From: Octopus sinensis
Taxonomy: Eukaryota
Reading direction: 5' to 3'
Assembly (NCBI RefSeq): GCF_006345805.1
Contig: NW_021836306.1
Span: forward strand, 1-64,000
Length of the DNA stretch: 64,000 bases
Shown here: in pieces, positions 40,521 through 52,859 of the stretch
How positions within the stretch are numbered: the stretch's first letter is position 1
How the letters are laid out: the number at the start of each line of letters is the position of its first letter
Notes under the pieces: model-generated
Seen by the model: the letters and a program-made list of their open reading frames with translations, nothing else
The model's database searches: none
What the model was told of the DNA's origin: nothing
Position numbers and translations under genes: made by a program

Positions 40521-42355
40521 TAGATCCGAAATGGATAAAAAGCAAATTTGACCTCAGTGGAATTTGAACTCAAAATGTAAACAAAGGCGAAATACCCGTA
40601 AGCATTTCGCCCTGTGCTAATGTTTCTGCCAGCTCACTCCCTTGGAACAGAAACATTCATTTTAGCAATATATTCTTTAATATTCTTATAGCTGAAGCAT
40701 TACTTCCTTCTCTCTTACTGACACGAAATTTCCTGGCATTTCACCCCATGACTTTTCTTCTACGAATTTTTGTTCAGTGCAACTAACGACTCTGAATTCC
40801 TCATACATTTTTCTCTCATTTAAGCCTAAGAAAAGTATACTTTTATTTTAAAATTAAAAAGTTTATGTTAATTGAAGGTGAATAGGTGCCTTACTGCCCC
40901 CACCCCTCTATAGGTCCCAGATATTTTGATGTAACTTTTTTTCCACTGAACCAAATCTAAAACTATTTATGCCAAAGTGTAGCCGAGGAGGTGTCCTCTT
41001 TAAGACTGTTAACAGTTGGCAATTTAGTTGAGAACTGAATTAGTGGTGAAGCTTGGATTGACGGAATGGTGAACTTAAGAATATATTCAACCACTACCAT
41101 GGTTGAATGATAACCTTCCAATACTGAAACACGTGTAGTTCATTCCTAATGACAATTTTAACTTCAGTAGGAGGTAATTAAGGAAGTATATTGTATACCC
41201 TGCTGGTGTACTACTGGTTTCATCCTTAAAGTATTAATTCTTGATGTGCATACAATCTGACCCTACTATACTGTGTAGTCGACAAAATCAAAAACAACCA
41301 ACCATTATGTGTGTACGAAATTAGAAATATAAAAGAGCGACAATTTACCCATCGCAGCCTGTATGTGACGAGTGTGTGCATATATGATAATACAAATAAG
41401 TTATAAAACATATGGAAGCAGCTATTTTCCACATGAGATGTGTTAAGACAGAGCTCAATAAATATGCAATGAATTCCTGTTGGGATCGATAATATAATGA
41501 AAGATAATGATGTCCAAAACTGATGGACATGAGAAATTAAAACCATGAGAAACATTTTAAGGTGAAAACAAACCTTACCGTCCCGTACCAAATCCTTGCT
41601 CCACGTCACACCTCCTTGCTACTCCACCACCACCATACTTCTCCACATTGGTCCTCCCCATCCCGTTACACAACCCTCTTCTCACGCCACTATGTTGGAT
41701 GTTTGTGGGTGGGTGTGAGAAAGAGAGAGAGAGAGAGAGAGTACCTGTTTATACACACAACTATTTGAATGTATATGCGTATGAATAATACGTGTGTGTG
41801 TGTGTGTTGGCTGTATATGAGTAAGTATGTAGTTGTGTTGCGTTGTGTCTGGTGCTTGGTAACAAAGCATACAGTTTGGCTGTCTGCAGTTTGTTAGGCC
41901 AGAGAAGATATTAGCTTGCTTGGAAATAGAGCATCTATCCATAGAAAAAACTGCCTCAATGAAGTCTCAGTTGACCGGGGGAAGCAGAGAAAAAGTGACC
42001 CTTAAAAACGATCGTGCGCATGTATATATTTAATACCCTTTCTTGGGGCCCTGAACAACTAATGGAGTTGAAAGAGTATCCATGGGACATACAGTGTGTT
42101 TAGGGTGTTTTAAATCTGGAAGATCCCTTCTCTCTACATGCGTAACCCCTGTCAATGTCTTCCACGGAGAAAGAAAGAAGTAGTTGAGGAGGAAGTGGAA
42201 GAACAACGATGACAAATCTTTTGTCTCCTGTGAAAATATACAGAGTGTATCAAATACATATTTGAGAGTCTGCATAATGATGGGAGGAAATAAATACAAA
42301 CGTGAATGTGACTGTGTGTGCATGAATATAAGCATTCTTTTATTCTTTTCTATGT

Positions 42356-42480
42356 ATGATGGGCTTCTTTCAGTTTCCGTCTACCAAATCCATCCATAAG
42401 GCTTTGGTTGGCCCGAGGCTATAGTAGGAGACACTTCCCCAAGGTGCCACACAGTGGGACTGAACCCAGAACAACGTGGT
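42356..42480 (-). mobile_element. SINE family A, 5' half
   Basis: GGGCTTCTTTCAGTTTCCGTCTACCAAATCC...GGGACTGAACCC. Confidence 0.8.
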
Positions 42481-42709
42481 TGCATAATGCAGGGAAACGG
42501 TCGTATAATCAAGTTCCTGCATACCTGGAGAACTACATTGCGCAGAAACAATTGTAGTGAATGAAAAGAAATGTCCAACCATGTTTCTTCTTGTTGATCC
42601 CAATTTTTTTTTCAATTATATATTCACGCACGACAGATGCCCAAACGCAAACCTGGAAGTACGTTCAATATTACTACTGGATAATGAGTTGCTAACAGAA
42701 TATACCATA

Positions 42710-42755
<46 letters not shown>

Positions 42756-42824
42756 GGAGTAAACACATAAATGTGAAACAAGGTGGAAAAAAGAGTACTC
42801 AAATACCAGTGGTAGAATAATATG

Positions 42825-42883
42825 CTTTATTTTAAGCAGCAGAAAATTCAATTGAATTGAATTTTCTGCTGCTTAAAATAAAG
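42825..42883. repeat. Perfect 59-bp palindrome (29-bp arms, 1-nt loop)
   Basis: CTTTATTTTAAGCAGCAGAAAATTCAATT-G-AATTGAATTTTCTGCTGCTTAAAATAAAG. Confidence 0.95.
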
Positions 42884-43919
42884 TATATATATATATATAT
42901 ATATAGACAGACAGACAGACAGACAGATAGATAGATAGATAGATAGATAGATATATAGTTCCCGTCATTCAAACATACTGTAAATGTGTTAGTACTCTCA
43001 ATTCAATTAAAATATCTGGTATATTTCCTAACCTAGCAGTTCGACAATTAGATACAGTTAAAATATTTACCAGACTGAAAAAGTAATACTGCAGTTATCC
43101 TAAGGTATTTATTCTGGGTTCAAATCCTGGCAAGGTTTAATAGCTTCTCGTGTATAATATACTGCTTGAAAATAAAATAATTTTCTGTAGAAGAGTATAT
43201 TTATGTTTGAAATAGGTCTAATGAATATTTAACAAAGTAAATGTGTTACTAAATTGTTAATTAAAATAATTATCACAAGATGACTTACCAAAGTCAATAA
43301 TTGCGTTTGAATCTCAGCCTGAAGTCTTGGCCTCTGTGTTCAGTTCGTTCAAAGTGTAGCAAAAATGTAAAAAGAAAAGTCACGAGACAGGAAAAAGTGG
43401 GCGTTAACGGTTCGAGTGTGTGTTTAGTGTGTGTGCGTGCGTAGTGTGTGTGTGTGTGTGTGTGTGTTTAGTGTGTGTAGTGTGTGTGTGTAGTGTGAAA
43501 CTAGCACACAATCTGTTATGTATTTGATCATGTAGACAAATGGCAAGTCCTTGACACCAATTATTCTGACAGTGAATGCCAGGAATGTGTGTGTGTGTAT
43601 GCCCATATATATGCGTGTGTGTGTGTGTGTTTGTGAGTGTGCTAGGTTTCCGCTAGAGGTACAAAAAGAAACATACTTAAAAGCACACATACGGACACAT
43701 ATATAAACGTACATACATTTATCTATCTGTGCGTAGATAGATGCATAATATATATGTATATACTTAATACACACACACACTATATATATCATTATATATA
43801 TATATATAATATATTTAATGTGTGTGTGTGTGTCTGCCAGGGTGTATGTATGCCATTTGTGTATGTGTGTATACGCACACACACACACAAATATACACAC
43901 ATATATATAAATAATAGAC

Positions 43920-44067
43920 ACAGCGTGGCTCTGTGTTAAGAAGCTTGGTTCCCACCCGCATGGCTCTGGGTTCAATCCCATTGAAAACAGAGTGTCTTCT
44001 ACTATCGCTTTAGGTTGACCAAAGCCTTGTCAGTGGATTTGGTAGATGGAAACTGAAATGAAGCCCG

Positions 44068-44110
<43 letters not shown>

Positions 44111-44277
44111 TCTGTTGATGTGTTTACATTCCTGTAACTTAGCGGTTTGACAAAATATACCAATAGAAAAACTACCAGGCTTACAAAGAATAAGTCCTGG
44201 AATTGCTTTGTTCGATTAAAGGCAGTACTCCAGTCTGGCCACAGTCAAATGACTGAAACAAGTAAAAGAATAAAGGG
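43920..44277 (+). mobile_element. SINE family A, diverged
   Basis: Head, (TA)n centre and GACTGAAACAAGTAAAAG tail. Confidence 0.8.
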
Positions 44278-44422
44278 GTATAAATATATGGGTGTGTGTG
44301 TGTGTGTGTGTATTTAAACAAAATTATTAATTTTGATAAAAATTAACTATAAGGTTTTTATTCCCATACTGGCCACTTGATGTGATCGGTATTTTAAATA
44401 ACGATCTGAACCTGATATATAA

Positions 44423-44455
<33 letters not shown>

Positions 44456-44457
<2 letters not shown>

Positions 44458-45230
44458 GAGATTTTACATGTTTTGGTTCTTGATAAAACGAACCTTATCA
44501 AAAATACTTTTAAAAGTTAAGTGTAATAAAAAAGTTCATAATTGTTTCTTACAAGTCTCAACAGAGTCCACGTTGTGGTGTTTCGTGGGTGGTGGGAGCA
44601 TAATGGCTGTCTTGTGCGTTGCCTAGATTCGTTGGCTGTAATTCGGCCACTGGTTATTTTCACAATTACAGCCAACGAATCTAGTCAACACACAAGTCAG
44701 CCACTATGCTCCCCCCACCTACAAATCACCACAACGTGGACTCTGTTGAGACTAGTAAGAAACAATTACTCTCTTACTTGTTTCAGTCATTTCACTGTGG
44801 CCATGCTGGAGCACCGCCTTTAGTCGAGTAAATCGACCGCAGGACTTATTCTTTGTAAGCCCAGTACTTATTCTATCGATCTCTTTTGCCGAACCTCTAG
44901 GTGACGGGGACGTAAACACACCAGCATCGGTTGTCAAGCAATGCTAGGGGGACAAACACAGACACACAAACACACACACGCACATACATATATACATATA
45001 TACGACAGGCTTCTTTCAGTTTCTACCAAATCCACTCACAAGGCATTGGTCGGCCTGGGGCTATAGCAGAAGACACTTGCCCAAGATGCCACGCAGTGGG
45101 ACTGAACCCAGAACCATGTGGTTGGTTAGCAAGCTACTTACCAATGAACTTTTTTATTACACTTAACTTTTAAAAATATTTTTGATAAGGTTCGCTTTAT
45201 CAAGAAGAACCGAAACATGTAAAATCTCTA
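44456..45230. mobile_element. Hairpin MITE (arms of about 190 bp, 20-nt loop) interrupted by a SINE A copy at 44769-45143 (-)
   Basis: Left arm 44456-44643 pairs with 44664-44768 plus 45144-45230. Confidence 0.85.
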
Positions 45231-45407
45231 AGAAAATTAAAATCTATCTTATATAGGTGCGTTTTCAAACTTCTTTTTTATAAATATATACCCACTCGTA
45301 TACCACCTACACTTTATATAAATATATATGTATATATTTGTATGTATGTATATATATATATATGTATATATATGTATATGTATATATACATATATATATA
45401 TACATAC

Positions 45408-45444
<37 letters not shown>

Positions 45445-45445
<1 letters not shown>

Positions 45446-46472
45446 GAGGGGCGTTCAATAAGTAATGCCCCTGATCCACTTCCCATAGCAGTAGAGCAAC
45501 GAAACTTGGAACAGTTATTAGTCTTTTTCTACATAGGAACAACCCAGAGTTACGCATTTCTCCCATCGTTTGATGCAGCTCTGAAGACCGTTTTTGTAGA
45601 AGACACTAGCTTGGTCCTCCAACCACGACGTGACTTCAGAAATCAAGGCTGCATCATCTGGGAAACGCTTTCCTTTCAAAAACAACTTCATGGCTGGGAA
45701 GAGGTGAAAATCAGAGGGTGCAAGGTCTGGAGGGTAGGGGGATGGGGGAAGAGTTCATAGCCGCACGCCTGTGCTTCTGATCTGGCGACACGCGAGTTGT
45801 GGACCGGAGCGTTGTCCTGCAAGAGGAGGATGCCTTTGCTGATCTTGCCCCGCCTTTTGGTTTTGATAGCTTCTCTTAATTTCCTCAAAAGTGAAGCATG
45901 ATAGGCTCCTGTAATTGTGGTACCCTTTGCCAGGAAATCGGTCATCACTACTCCGTCCTGGTCCCAGAAGACTGTGAGCATGACCTTGCTAGCGGAGGGC
46001 TGCACCCTTGCCTTCTTTGGAGGAGGTGAGTCATGGTGCTTCCACTGCATTGACTGGGCTTTGGTCTCTGGATCATAGTGATGGACCCAGGTCTCATCCT
46101 GTGTAATCAGTCTTTTGAAAAATTTTGACTCATCTTCTTGGCACATCCCTAAATTCATCCTCGAGCACTCGACGCGTTCTTGCTTCTGGAAAAGTGTGAG
46201 CAACCTGGGAATCCATCTGGCAGACACCTTTTGCGTATGCAAATGGTCATGAATGATAGTTTCCACAGACCCGGTACTAATCTTGACCTCATGGGCTATT
46301 TGGCGAATAGTTATGCGTCGATCTTTCAAAATGGCAGCCTCAACTTGACAGACAGATGCCTCATCAATGGCAGAAAGGGTGCGACCAGATCTGGGAGCTG
46401 TTTCCACAGAGTTCCGACCATGTTTGAATTCACGATGCCAGCATTTTACAAGGTCATATGATGCTCTGGTTG
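45445..46472 (-). mobile_element. Mariner (DD34D) element lacking its 5' end
   Basis: WIPRLL, ITQDETWVH, QDNAPVH, then frameshifted [12 protein letters not shown]...GSYVEKD* (45518). TA|CGAGGGGCGTTCAATAAG TIR at 45443. Confidence 0.95.
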
Positions 46473-46519
46473 TGGTTGATTTTGTTGTTGCTGCTGTTGC
46501 TGTTCCGCCTCCTCCACGG

Positions 46520-46840
46520 GAGTGGCATGGGGGAGACACAATCGTCGGTTGTGGAGGCATGCAGGCCTGACACTGAAAAGTCCAAGATTTAAGCTGGACC
46601 ATCTTCCAGAGTCCATCCATCATAGCATTATGATGGCTCTTTTTTTTGGCCTGGGATCTTCTGAAAGTCCGTGGCACATTGGAGTCAGACAGAGACGAGA
46701 CATGTCCCACATTCGACCCAGCGATTACGGAACGTATTTTCGGGTTCCGTACAGATGTGGCAGGTGTGATTTTCTGGGCAGTGTTCTATTTTGGAGCAGC
46801 GACCAGTCTTATCGCACGCCGCTATGGATTCCACCATGGC
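46520..46840 (-). pseudogene. Disrupted PHD-finger-like coding fragment (possibly LINE ORF1)
   Basis: CHICTEPENTFRNRWVECGTCLVSV*LQCA, then after a frameshift SWTFQCQAC. The spacing is C4HC3-like with a stop at the His position. Confidence 0.55.
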
Positions 46841-47104
46841 GATTTTGTTGCTTCTGCTCATCCGTGGAGACAGAAAATGTAAACAACAATACGATAAAAG
46901 TAAAATGTTTGTTTTTGATTCGTTCTTTTTTTGTGTATATTCCTTTTTTTCTTAAATATTGCGTGTGTATATATAAAGGGATTTGTGCGTATCTTTAGTG
47001 TAGACACGGAGAGAGTTTGTAAACAGAAATGAAATCAGTGATTTTTTATTTTTTGCAGTGTAGTCCGTCACATTAAATAGTGTGATTTATTTTCACTCTG
47101 CACG

Positions 47105-47144
<40 letters not shown>

Positions 47145-47480
47145 CTACAAGTATCTATGTATGTATGTATGTTGCTGCTTTATAAATTTTGGATGTACTT
47201 AATGTCGTTCAACGTTTTCTTTTACCCTCAACTACACGTGGTGAATTCTTCCATTGTAGATCTGTGGTGGTTATCTTCGTAATATTTTCTCTTTAGTTTC
47301 TTTGCCAAATTGATTATACCCTAATCAAACCATTTGTTTGTCTACTTGTGAATGTGTCTTTGTTTTTATAACATTGTATTTTCCTCCTTTTCCTTTTTCA
47401 TTCCCATATTATATGGAACTTCGGTGGACAGCTACTCTAAGACTCCAGTTGCCAGCTCGCCATCTAGAGGAAACTGATGA

Positions 47481-47552
<72 letters not shown>

Positions 47553-47935
47553 TAACAAAGCAAAACAGATTTCAACAAAAGACAAAATTTCCTGTAAAAC
47601 TCAAATCTGACAAGTTCCAATGAATGAGATGAAAACACTAATAACGAATTATCCAAAATTCTCACAAACTCCCATTTTTAAAGCATAAAATCTGTACATC
47701 ACTACAAACAGTCTATCTATTTATCTATCGATGTATCTATCTGTCTATCTACCTATCGATATATCTATCTGTCTCTCTCTCTATCCATCCATCTGTCTGT
47801 CTGTGTGTGTGTATATATGCTGTCTTGACCGAGCTAATTTTCTGTTAATGGTATATGAATGGTTATCTCCCTTTAGTTGAATGTCTCTGCGTTACTCCAT
47901 CCGTGTGCGTAGTTAGGTGGGTAGGTATGTGTATA

Positions 47936-48154
47936 CAGGGGTTGATGAAAAGTACCCGGCATGACCACTGCTGCAGAGGACTGGCTGGAGACCGAACCAG
48001 CTGTGTTCTTTTTCCCAGGGCTAAGAAAAACTGAAGGGCCACTGCAACAAGTGTGTGAATGTGAGAGGGGAGAATATGTTGAATAGAATGCTAATGAAGT
48101 GATTCGTCTCTATTTTGTTTTACCTGAAGCCAGAAACATTTCAATACTCCCTCG
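47936..48154 (+). mobile_element. Internally deleted mariner remnant
   Basis: TA|CAGGGGTTGATGAAAAG left end, transposase C-terminal EDWLE...GEYVE*, and TTTCAATACTCCCTCG right end. Confidence 0.7.
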
Positions 48155-48224
48155 TCTGTAGACACACATACACACACACACGCATGTACACATACACAAA
48201 CGCATACATATACACGCACATGAC

Positions 48225-49730
48225 AGGTGGACCCTTTCAGGCTGACCCGAACAGTGTTGGGACATGGGAGGACCAAATCAGGGAAATGGACCAGCTCCAG
48301 AGAAGAGGTAGAAGCTTTTCTGGGTGGAGGGGGAGAGATCTACAACCATAACCTCAGAAATCAAGCTCCTAATGTTAACCCAAAAGTCTGTAGAACTGAA
48401 ATACCAGGAAATGAGTTCAACGTCAGTTGTCCATTCTGGAAAGAAGTGGGACGAGTGGTTGTGAAAGGGGCCAGATCAGGATCAGCTCCTGTCCAAGTGG
48501 TGTACCTTATAAAGTATACAAGAAATGCCCATGGCTCCTTCAGAGGCTGTGGACACTATTCTGAATGATCTGGACAAATGGTATCATTCCACCGAAAGGA
48601 AGTTTTGTGCTGCCAAAGGAAGAAAACTCATCAGCCATTAACAAATTCAGGACCATTCTCCTTCCTGAGTGTTGAGGGAAAAACCTTCTGTACTGACCAA
48701 AAAAGGGTGACCTCATACAATGAGTATATAAACACCTCTATCCAGAAAGGTAGGGGTCTCAGGTTTCTCGGGCTGTCTGGAACACAACCAGCTGATTCGG
48801 GAGGCCAAAAGAAGTAAAGGTGACATGAAAGTGGTTTGGCTGGGTCTGGAAAATGCATTTGGATCAATTCCTCACAGCCTCATATATGCAGCCCTTGACT
48901 GTTACCATATTCCTCACCTGTTGAGGGAATAATCAGCAATCACTTTGGAGGCATCGAGTTATGTTTCAGAACAGCCCACTTCACAAGTCAGTGGCAAGAC
49001 CTTGAGAAAGGATTCATAACTGGTTGCACAATCTCCCTCATTCTTTTCATCATGGCTATGAATCTCCTCGTGTCAGCTGCTGAAAATGAAGGCCAAGGAC
49101 CAACAATGGAATCAGGCAGCTGTCAGCAGCCAATAAGGGGTTTCATGGATGATATCACGGTAACAACTACAACCCATGTGGAGGCAGAAATGGTGCTGAC
49201 CTCATTTGAACACATGGTAATATTCGTTAGAAAGAAGTTTAGGCCTCCCAAATATAGGGGTATGGTAACCAGAGGAGGTAAAGTAACAAACAAAATTAAG
49301 CTACAAGTGCAAGGAGAAGCCATACCATCAACAGAGGAAAATCTGATTAAATGTCTTGGAAAGATGTTTGAGAAGTCGCTCTGTCAGAAGCAATGTCGCC
49401 AATTCTGTGAAGCAAGCAGAAGAGTGGCTGAGGAGGACTGAAAGATAAGGGTTTCCAGAAAAATACAGGGCATGGCTCTACCGACATGGTCTAGGGTGGA
49501 AAGGAAGGTAAATACCTCCAAAGATGGCAAGATGTTCCCTCAAGCTTCACTTCAATAGGTCTGTATATAAGATCTGAACAATCACAACTTCCCCTGTCAT
49601 CTGTCGTGGAGGAATTCAAAGTAGTAAAATGTCATGTTGTAATGATGTTCAGGGAGTTGAAGAATGAGCTTGTCAGACATGCAAATATTACGACAAGATC
49701 TGGGTGAAAGTGGGTAGCTAGCACTATGAA
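48225..49730 (+). mobile_element. Decayed RT region of a HERO-like (restriction-endonuclease type) non-LTR retrotransposon
   Basis: RSGSAP..SGVPYKVYKKCP, SIQKG, VVWLGLENAFGSIPH, WQDLEKGFITGCTIS and QPIRGFMDD motifs across frames. Confidence 0.75.
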
Positions 49731-50017
49731 ATCTGGCAGTATGTATAATACTACTGCTGGGTGGCACTGGGTAAAATCTGAAAGTGGATGAGCTTCATAC
49801 TGTTCTCTACTACGTCCCTAACAGAATATACCATAACTAAAGATACATATATATATATATACACACACATTATTTACAATGCCCGATAGAGCTCCTACAG
49901 AAAATTTGTCTCTTAGGGAGAGCAAGGATTATCAGGAGGGTCCTAAACTCTTGAAAGACTGCTGAAAACTTGAGGATACCTAAGGTCACAGGTAGTAACC
50001 ATAGTAACCATAGCATA

Positions 50018-51062
50018 TCATAAAAACCCATGTAATTTATGCACTTTTTTCTCGCAAAAATGAAAATAAATTTTAGGGGCTGCATGAATTACATGAGTAG
50101 ATTGTTTCCAGAATTCATTTTGAAATTTCTTTTATTGGAAAAAGATGTACGAAACGTAAACATTTGTTCCGGAAGTTGACTCATTTAATGTCAGAATAGT
50201 TTTTTACAGAGAAAATAATGGCTTAAATACGCATAATGAAGTTGACTTCTGTTTATGCTGGACGGTATAATGCTTACTTTTTCTGTATAAATTTACTAAA
50301 ACCATTAAATGGTTAACTAGTTTTTGAAGTCTGACGTTCATGCTGGTAAACACGGTCCGGGCCATATTTTACATTGCTTGGAGCTTCTATCTATCGCAAT
50401 GGAGCACATATTTAATTTCTCCTTTGCAGCAAACGATTCATAAGTTCTGCCCATACTGACAATAAAAGTAATGACAAATGTTTAAGTTTGCTTGACATTT
50501 TATAAGTGTGAAAGGGATTAAAATTTCGATCCTCCATATCAAAGGTTCTGACTAGACTCTGCAGAAAAGAATTCTGTTTCCATCATCAGTTTGATTGGTC
50601 ACCTTCCTTTGTCGGTTGAGTAAAGTGTCATCCAAGCTGATGTTTATTGCTAATTAAACTTAATTTGCAACACTTTATCCGCTTTGTTTTTGTTGATAAT
50701 TCTTATCAAAAACTTTTCCTGTGATCCTGATTTGAGAAGACATACAAAAGTATGCTAAAGATCGGACATAATCTCTCGTGGCCAAGAAATGTAAAATAAA
50801 GTTTATTATAAACAACACAAATACTTTGTAATTTAACAGATTTCAATGTGATACCTGTTAATTAGAAATTATTCTTATTTAAAGAAAATTTAATATAATC
50901 TAATCATAAGTGAAATTATGCTAAATACAACTAAATTGAAAACCTTTTACCCCTGGCCATATTGGTAATTCTGAAAACTTTGGGTGCTTTTTTTAACAAT
51001 TTTTATCCTGGAAATCACCTGCATAAATTACACAGGTGCGCAAATTACATGGGTTTTTACAG
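50018..51062. mobile_element. Tc2/pogo-like non-autonomous element with TA TSD
   Basis: TA|TCATAAAAACCCATGTAATTT...AAATTACATGGGTTTTTACAG|TA inverted termini. Confidence 0.7.
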
Positions 51063-51069
51063 TAATAAT

Positions 51070-51635
51070 TTTACCTTGTCCTTACCCTTAGTGCAAGTTT
51101 TGAAGAGTGCAGTTCATTTTTAACAGCTATTTTTTCAAAGTTATAATGGAAGTGACAAAGGAGCATATTCGGCATATTTTGTTTTATGAGTTCAATCAAG
51201 GCAACAACACAACGGAAAATGCGAGGAATATTAATGCAGTGTATGGGGATTGGACAATAAGTGTAAGCCAGTGTCAACGGTGGTTCCAGAAATTCCGAGT
51301 CAGAAACTATAGCCTAGAAGACGAGTTTTGTCCTGGAAGATCTGTAGAGCTTGATGAGGACATCCTGCAAACCCTAGTGGAACAAAATCCCATTGTAACT
51401 GTTGAGGAGCTAGCAGAAACTTGGATTTAGTTACTCAACCATTCATCAACACCTGCGTGCCATTGAAAAAGTCAACAAATAGAGTCAATGGGTTCCTCAC
51501 AAATTTTCCAAGTCTAATTGCACGCAGTGAGTGAATGTGTGCTCTTCTTTGCTGTCACATCTCACGAACGAACCATTTTTGGACTGAATAGTGACTGGAG
51601 ATGAGAAATGGGTTCTCTATAAAAATGTATATAAA
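51070..51635 (+). mobile_element. Mariner transposase 5' half, decayed
   Basis: MEVTKEHIRHILFYEF...QCQRWFQKF...PGR...WVPH...IVTGDEKWVLY, with frameshift and stops. Confidence 0.85.
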
Positions 51636-51779
51636 ATAATGCCAAATCTGCGAAATCCATAGTTTACTGATTGGATCAACATATGATTTGATCCGATGTT
51701 CTACATGTAAAAAGGACACAAAAATAATTTAAGAATAAACCAGCTTTATTTAGATTTCATAATGTCTTCAGAGAGAAAT

Positions 51780-52580
51780 GATGTAAAAAGTAAAGATTAT
51801 AGGCCACACAGTCAAGAAGATAAGTGATTGAGAAGACAGAGGGACAGATTCAGAGATAGAAAGACAGACAGGCTCTGACATACAGACAGATGGCTACAGT
51901 AGGCAGGAGAGGGACAACACAAGCAACATGATGTTGGAAAATTTGCAGGAACAGGTGGGGAAGAGTGGGGCAGGCATGATGGAATACATACAAGCGTAGT
52001 GAATTTTATTAGAAACTAGAATGACCTGACATTTATTGATGTAAATTATAGGCCACGCAGTCAAGACGATATATAATTGAGAAGGCAGAAAGACAGACAG
52101 ACACTGACAAATAGATTCTCAGATCGGACTGAGACAAACAGACTGAGGGAGAGATAGAGAAACTGAGAGAAGAGTAGTAAAGCTGTGACAGCTGAATTGA
52201 GAAGAGGAGGGAAGGATCATGAGGAATCTCATGGAAAGAGATAAACATAGGGGTGATGAGGTGTTAGAGTTGACCTTCAAAGTACAAGAATGAGTGGAGC
52301 AGAGGGAAGAAAAGTGTGGGACAGTTGGTGGAGGGGTGGGCGATTGTGGAAGGGTGAAGATATGGCAAGTAGACAACCTGCAATGATGCAAGACACATAG
52401 GGGAGTAGGAAGTGACTGAGAATTCAAAGCAGCAGAAGAGTAATGATGACACAGTAGACAAGAGAGGGATGACAGAAGCGACATGATGTTGGATAATTTA
52501 CAGGAACAGGTGGGGAAGAGTGGGGCAGGCATGATGGAATACATACAAGCGTAGTGAATAAAGGATTTTTATTAGAAATA
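51780..52580 (-). mobile_element. Rearranged, partly duplicated L2/CR1-like LINE 3' remnants
   Basis: 51905-52010 duplicates 52460-52560. Weak RT C-terminal similarity on the minus strand. Confidence 0.4.
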
Positions 52581-52859
52581 CTACAGCAGTAAGTTACCAC
52601 AATTATGTCGACACAGTAGTAGTTATATGTAAAATAATAGCATTATATTTTGTTTCCTTTGAGAATGCATTGATGATTATATAAGTTATCATAGAATGAA
52701 CTGTGACAAACACTGCATCTTGGTTTTACAGCACATGTATGGCATGCCCTGCCTATGGAATGTAAAAGGTGATTAAACGGCTGGCATCAGGAAAAGCATT
52801 TAGCTTTAAAAGATTATTTCAAAATGGGGAAACAAAATGAGATGAGTGATTAGGAAGAG

